Origin: an uncultured Erysipelotrichaceae bacterium
GTDB lineage: Bacteria; Bacillota_I; Bacilli_A; RFN20; CAG-826
Length of the DNA stretch: 64,000 nucleotides
Assembly: GCA_902769185.1 (NCBI GenBank)
Contig: CACXNV010000006.1
Location: 1,062-65,061 of the forward strand
Direction: 5' to 3'
This document shows positions 60,801 through 64,000 of the stretch, one piece after another. The notes beneath the pieces are model-generated. The model did no database searches, had not been told where the DNA came from, and worked only from the letters and a program-made list of their open reading frames with translations. Made by a program: the position numbers and the translations under genes. Every line of letters starts with the position of its first letter. The first letter of the stretch is position 1.

Positions 60801-61180
60801 GTGAAGACGGAGTTGCTAAATATGGCTTTGGCGGTCTTGATGTCCTTTGGGATAAGATTTCCGCTCAAACTCCAATTGTTTCCGCTCAACAAGCTGATGC
60901 AAGTTCTATGTATAACTTCTTTAAGGCTCTTTGCCATGTGAAAGGTGATTCTAGATTCCCTACCTATGGTAATTTAGAATGGACAGGCACAATCGGCGGA
61001 GATACTAATACACTATCAATGAAGATTTCTGATGGTTCTAGAAGCGTTATCGTCTTTGTTAACGCTGGACCAACTGCAAAAGAAATCGAAGGAAATAACC
61101 AAGGACCATTAATTGGTGGTTCTTATGGTTGTACCGCAACAACAGTTCCAGCTTATGGATTTGTTGTTGTTCAAAAATAA
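57896..61180 (+). CDS. Lipoprotein GH13 alpha-amylase family enzyme with three N-terminal Big_2 domains
   Basis: Lipobox SLGACSDN and three Big_2-like repeats. GH13 regions are present: DVLWLTPI...YHGYDVTDY, DMVINHTS, GFRLDAIKH, LVGENFD and FTSNHDVARL. Confidence 0.9.
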   Translation: MRKRILIPLIVSIFSLGACSDNTMVINPTQEVDYVDLSNTTLSLAIGETQTLTALSSDGKTVSWANSDSTVVRLTYQGNVATVSGLAKGSANIIAIHGGKSAVCTVTVGGGNVEPTISLTLSPTSKQLFVNDEFILNASVSGSTNPVTFSSSDNSVATVESKDNVSAKVKGVSEGLATIIAKVGTKTASCSVTVVDPESDIYISLDKSTLTMVEGTSDVLKATYRPASATVTWGSSDSSVVEVTNGNIRALKAGSADITATVSSEGDNRTASCHVTVTGSGGESAYDDLIKGWSKPGHLYFHYLRNSDTDYDKWAIWAWPNYPDDGEGSLWGASHNYDQKGITPQTWGWMTNAECGGEGTDTYCDEYGQVMDIVLDQSLIPGGVVGGRTGNPAPLIGDYLWTEEYKQLYLSAAIGFLVVDQTKMDGSDMWTSDGGAESYIKRIGRIMPDGKNGYLHVYAVEGAVSDFKTTSGTQTIVNPTATDDTGKYRSKNDITNLKYDAFTSGVSTSTSFLNDRPGTGYQIFVPSFCDSNGDGYGDIKGITSKLDYLEDLGIDVLWLTPIQESNSYHGYDVTDYYKIDQRFGTLQDYQELLYKAHAKGMKVLMDMVINHTSKSNVLYKKSQRAEPGVLPSGKEFNYRDMYVWKFKGDQILEWNGVEAPDPKKPYGPDNPATFVTKNVEDSSDWYRDGTSNYYYYGKFGSGMAELNYSCQATRDYMTDMCKYWLSFGLDGFRLDAIKHIYLLSELDPTYNYSGDYVTYDVGYRTYYNPELGREIKVMNDYTYDRDLNVMFWKQFAGTIKAAYPNCFLVGENFDGWNQRIAPFYEAIDSQFDFSTYYHLHESTISGGGATAMGGDITATLGYNASFRGKAINGAFTSNHDVARLLNHAASTDVKAHHAEVNTSNWDSAIKRAKWFSAITILSPGLSWIYYGDEIGLCGNLGDKIQDVDDHGNNVDRWYRQPMRWGTTYGEDGVAKYGFGGLDVLWDKISAQTPIVSAQQADASSMYNFFKALCHVKGDSRFPTYGNLEWTGTIGGDTNTLSMKISDGSRSVIVFVNAGPTAKEIEGNNQGPLIGGSYGCTATTVPAYGFVVVQK

Positions 61181-61193
61181 GGAGGATATGAAA

Positions 61194-62027
61194 ATGAAAG
61201 CAAAATATTTATTTACTTTACTTCCTCTTATTGCTTTAGCAAGTTGTTCTAGTGGTGGACAAGAATTAGCACCATCTGACCCTCATTTCGAACGTGGAGA
61301 ATTAAATGGTAGACCAGCTATTGGTTTTAGAGATAATAACTCCGAATTCATTACCTATTTAATGATTGGGCCATTTGGTTATCTTTCCATTGATGGGGCG
61401 CCTGTAAAAGGATCCGTTGATGAATTATTCTATGAAAACACTATTACCTGGAAAGGTGATACTGGTAGTGCATTACCAGATGCAACTATTGTTAAAACTA
61501 CTGTTAGTGGTTCGACATTTAGAGGCTGGGCGTATTATGACGAAGATAATGACCATGTTTGGCCAGATTATTACACAACCGTTCCTTCTAAAGCTGGTTT
61601 AGCTTTAAAAGCAATTTTTGACGGCACTGACGCTGGTGGAAATACCGGTGGTGGAGGCTCTGGAGGAGGTTCCGGAGGAGGATCTGGCGGAGGAACTGTA
61701 CAAACTGGATTCGGTATTATCAAAGGTGATGGAACCGCTTATATCGGAGAATCAAAGGGTAAAAATTTTGAAGGATATGATGAATATTTAGTTCAAGGAG
61801 TTACTCTTAATGCTGGAGATACATTCTCACTTTATGATCCTTCAACTTTAGGTAAGTGGGTTGTTAATATTAATCCTTATTCCTTTGGTGGAAGTGAAGC
61901 AAGTCCAAAAGTTGATGAATATCTCACTATTGGTACTAAAGAATACACTGTTAAACAAACATTTACAGGTGATTTCTATATTCAAATCATGTATCAACAA
62001 GATAGGCTCTATATCGAACTTGCCTAA
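61194..62027 (+). CDS. Two-domain lipoprotein with a (GGGS)n linker, unknown function (possible glycan-binding accessory)
   Basis: Lipobox LIALASCSSGG. SD aaggagga spacing favours ATG61194. The internal linker is GGNTGGGGSGGGSGGGSGGG. Confidence 0.65.
   Translation: MKAKYLFTLLPLIALASCSSGGQELAPSDPHFERGELNGRPAIGFRDNNSEFITYLMIGPFGYLSIDGAPVKGSVDELFYENTITWKGDTGSALPDATIVKTTVSGSTFRGWAYYDEDNDHVWPDYYTTVPSKAGLALKAIFDGTDAGGNTGGGGSGGGSGGGSGGGTVQTGFGIIKGDGTAYIGESKGKNFEGYDEYLVQGVTLNAGDTFSLYDPSTLGKWVVNINPYSFGGSEASPKVDEYLTIGTKEYTVKQTFTGDFYIQIMYQQDRLYIELA
61648..61695 (+). repeat. Imperfect 12-nt tandem repeat encoding (GGGS)3-GGG
   Basis: ggt ggt gga ggc tct / gga gga ggt tcc / gga gga gga tct / ggc gga gga. 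Synonymous codons vary between units. Confidence 0.8.
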
Positions 62028-62057
62028 TCAAAACAATAAAAATTTGGAGGTTGTCCA

Positions 62058-64000
62058 ATGAAAAATAAAGTATTATCAATGCTAACTTTATTACTTGCTG
62101 GTGGAGCGTTAGTCTTACCAGCGTGTAGTAATGCTTATGAACCTGAAAAAGGTGAACCAAGTACATCTGAGCCACCGGTAGAGAAAACTGATGACGATGA
62201 TTTAACAAACATTAAAGGAAAGCCATTCCGCACTGTTAGAGCAGCTGCTGATGACGATGAATTAGTATTACCTAACAAGGTTATTCTTCATTATCATAAT
62301 GATGATAACGCTTGTAATACTCGTCGATTCTATACCTGGGTTACTGGAGTAGATGGTACAGAAAGAAAGCCAAATGGAGAGTGGTCCGCTGTTGATATGG
62401 AAATCACTTTAGATTTTGCTGTTATTCCGGAATATGCTGATTTACCAAGCTTATATTTTATTATCAAAGTGGCTGGAACTTGGGCCGGCCAATCTGAAGA
62501 CACTATCGTTGATTATGCTTTGTATCAAGATGTCATTAAAGAAAATAATGGTGTTCTTGAATTATGGACCATCCCTGGAGAAGGAACCTCTGTTGAAATT
62601 TACAAAACTAAAGCAGAATCTGAACTTCCAAAAGTGAAGACTGCGAAATTTGTCGATTTTAAAACTATCCACTGCACTTCTACAATTGATGCAGAAGGCA
62701 AAAAATGGGTACCAACTGAATATCGATTATATGCTTACGATAAAAACTATTTAAATATGACTGAAGCTGCTCAAGCGGCAAATAAGGAGTATTTCCAAAT
62801 CAAACAAGGTGTACCTACTGGTAACGAGTTTGATATTGTCTTTAATGTCCAAGCAAAAATTAATGTTCAATATATCGTTGAAACTAAATTCCCTGGTTTT
62901 GATAGATGGCAAAAATGTATTGTTGGTGCAGAAAACCTCTACACTCAAACTAGATTTGACCAATATTATACATATGACGGAGAACTTGGAATGTTCTACA
63001 CTCCAAGTAGAACCACATTTAGAATTTGGTCTCCAATTTCTGCAAATGTTTTATTAAATATTTATGAAACTGGTATTCCAAAATCTTATGGCGGTAATGA
63101 TGATAAAGATGTTTACAAGATGTCTTATCGCGCTGGCGGTATTTGGGAAACTACCATTGAAGGGGATATGGCTGGAAGCTATTATACCTTCACTTTAACT
63201 CATAGCGCTGGTACTGTGGAAACAGTCGATCCATATGTTAAAGCGTGTGGTGTCAACGGTATTAGAGGCTATATTTACGATAATGCTGGTAGTGATGCTA
63301 ATCCTAGTGGCTGGGATAGTGTACCTGCTATATGGGACGGACAACCTGGTTACGATATTAAAACTCCTCAAGATTTATCAATTTATGAAATTCATATCCG
63401 TGATTTAACTATGGATGAAACCTGGGTTTCTAATAAAGGAAATACTAGAGGTACATATAAGGCATTTATTGAAAAAGGTACAACCTTAACAAAAAATGGT
63501 AAAACTGTAACCACTGGATTTGATCACATCAATGAATTAGGTGTTAATGCAGTACAAATTTTACCTGTATTTGATCAAGACAATGATGAAAGACCAGAAA
63601 AAATGAAATTTAACTGGGGATATAATCCTCTTAATTATAACTGTGTTGAAGGCGGCTACTCGCCAGAATCATTTAAATATGACCAAGATGGTAATTTAGT
63701 TGATTATGATCCTCTTGAAAGAATTAGAGATTTCAAAAATATGGTTATGGCGTTTGCGAATAATGACCAACATACCCGTGTCATTATGGACGTTGTTTAT
63801 AACCACGTTAGTAGTGCTTCTCAATCTTCATTTAATAAAATGATGCCTAAATATTATTTCCGTTATACGCCTAACTGGGAATATTACGATGGTTCAGGAT
63901 GTAATAATGAATTTAAAACTGACGCAAAAATGGGTTCTAAATTTGTTGTTGATTCCTTACATTGGTGGGCAGAAGAATATAAAATCAAAGGATTCCGTTT
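62058..64000 (+). CDS. pulA: Lipoprotein type I pullulanase (GH13), 3-prime partial
   Basis: Not in the ORF track because it has no stop in the window. SD ggagg at 62046-62050. Manual translation gives MKNKVLSMLTLLLAGGALVLPACSNA...YYTYDGELGMFYTPSRTTFRIWSP...YEIHIRDLT...NWGYNP...VIMDVVYNHV...KGFRF, with the frame open to nt 64000. Confidence 0.85.
   Translation, partial: MKNKVLSMLTLLLAGGALVLPACSNAYEPEKGEPSTSEPPVEKTDDDDLTNIKGKPFRTVRAAADDDELVLPNKVILHYHNDDNACNTRRFYTWVTGVDGTERKPNGEWSAVDMEITLDFAVIPEYADLPSLYFIIKVAGTWAGQSEDTIVDYALYQDVIKENNGVLELWTIPGEGTSVEIYKTKAESELPKVKTAKFVDFKTIHCTSTIDAEGKKWVPTEYRLYAYDKNYLNMTEAAQAANKEYFQIKQGVPTGNEFDIVFNVQAKINVQYIVETKFPGFDRWQKCIVGAENLYTQTRFDQYYTYDGELGMFYTPSRTTFRIWSPISANVLLNIYETGIPKSYGGNDDKDVYKMSYRAGGIWETTIEGDMAGSYYTFTLTHSAGTVETVDPYVKACGVNGIRGYIYDNAGSDANPSGWDSVPAIWDGQPGYDIKTPQDLSIYEIHIRDLTMDETWVSNKGNTRGTYKAFIEKGTTLTKNGKTVTTGFDHINELGVNAVQILPVFDQDNDERPEKMKFNWGYNPLNYNCVEGGYSPESFKYDQDGNLVDYDPLERIRDFKNMVMAFANNDQHTRVIMDVVYNHVSSASQSSFNKMMPKYYFRYTPNWEYYDGSGCNNEFKTDAKMGSKFVVDSLHWWAEEYKIKGFR

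Noticed and set aside
61634-61695. (GGGS)n coding stretch as a sign of a synthetic construct or vector contamination
   Set aside because: It is embedded in-frame in an AT-rich native-looking lipoprotein gene with its own SD and lipobox and varied codons. There is no flanking vector-like sequence.

Overview
The window is an AT-rich (roughly one-third GC by eye, not computed), tightly packed chromosomal segment. It uses the standard genetic code: TGA acts as a stop, for example tsaD at 19608-19610 and the thioredoxin-like gene at 23623-23625. Gene content and style suggest a low-GC Firmicutes or Mollicutes-related lineage (Acholeplasma, RF39 or Erysipelotrichia-like); that assignment is inference only. 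The supporting traits are many lipobox lipoproteins, ABC ATPases with Lys/Glu-rich insertions, fatty-acid-kinase genes, and a pcrA-ligA-gatCAB arrangement.

Contents in order:
- A 5-prime-truncated surface protein, then tmRNA and a DegV/FakB gene.
- A surface-glycan locus at 4.5-13.6 kb: Wzy/ligase-like membrane protein, lipoprotein, TupA-like ATP-grasp, Wzx flippase and three glycosyltransferases, interrupted by a ZIP metal transporter.
- ung, then a TPP-riboswitch-controlled ThiT with an extra C-terminal membrane domain.
- The tsaE-tsaB-rimI-tsaD operon and asnS.
- Three uncharacterised membrane proteins.
- A disrupted pcrA, followed by ligA, gatCAB, galE and tRNA-Arg(CCU).
- A plsC-fakB-fakA-hydrolase-deacetylase operon and tRNA-Ala(GGC).
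- An MBOAT/DHHW/AT3 O-acylation module and an orphan FAD oxidoreductase.
- A PF04392-type ABC importer, a phosphoglycosyl transferase and an XRE-TM regulator.
- A roughly 14.5 kb starch/maltodextrin locus that runs off the window end: Big_2-fused binding protein, two permeases, an 852-aa MalK-like ATPase, three lipoproteins, a lipoprotein GH13 amylase and a lipoprotein pullulanase.

I see no CRISPR array, integrase, transposase, phage genes or recognisable defence system. The most interesting item is a candidate ribosome-mediated attenuator upstream of the PF04392 importer. It is a 19-codon leader peptide with 9 Tyr/Phe codons, followed by a chain of mutually exclusive hairpins ending in an intrinsic terminator. 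Other points worth a second look are a roughly 26-nt deletion and frameshift removing helicase motif III of pcrA, the ThiT fusion, and two ABC ATPases with large coiled-coil-like insertions or extensions.
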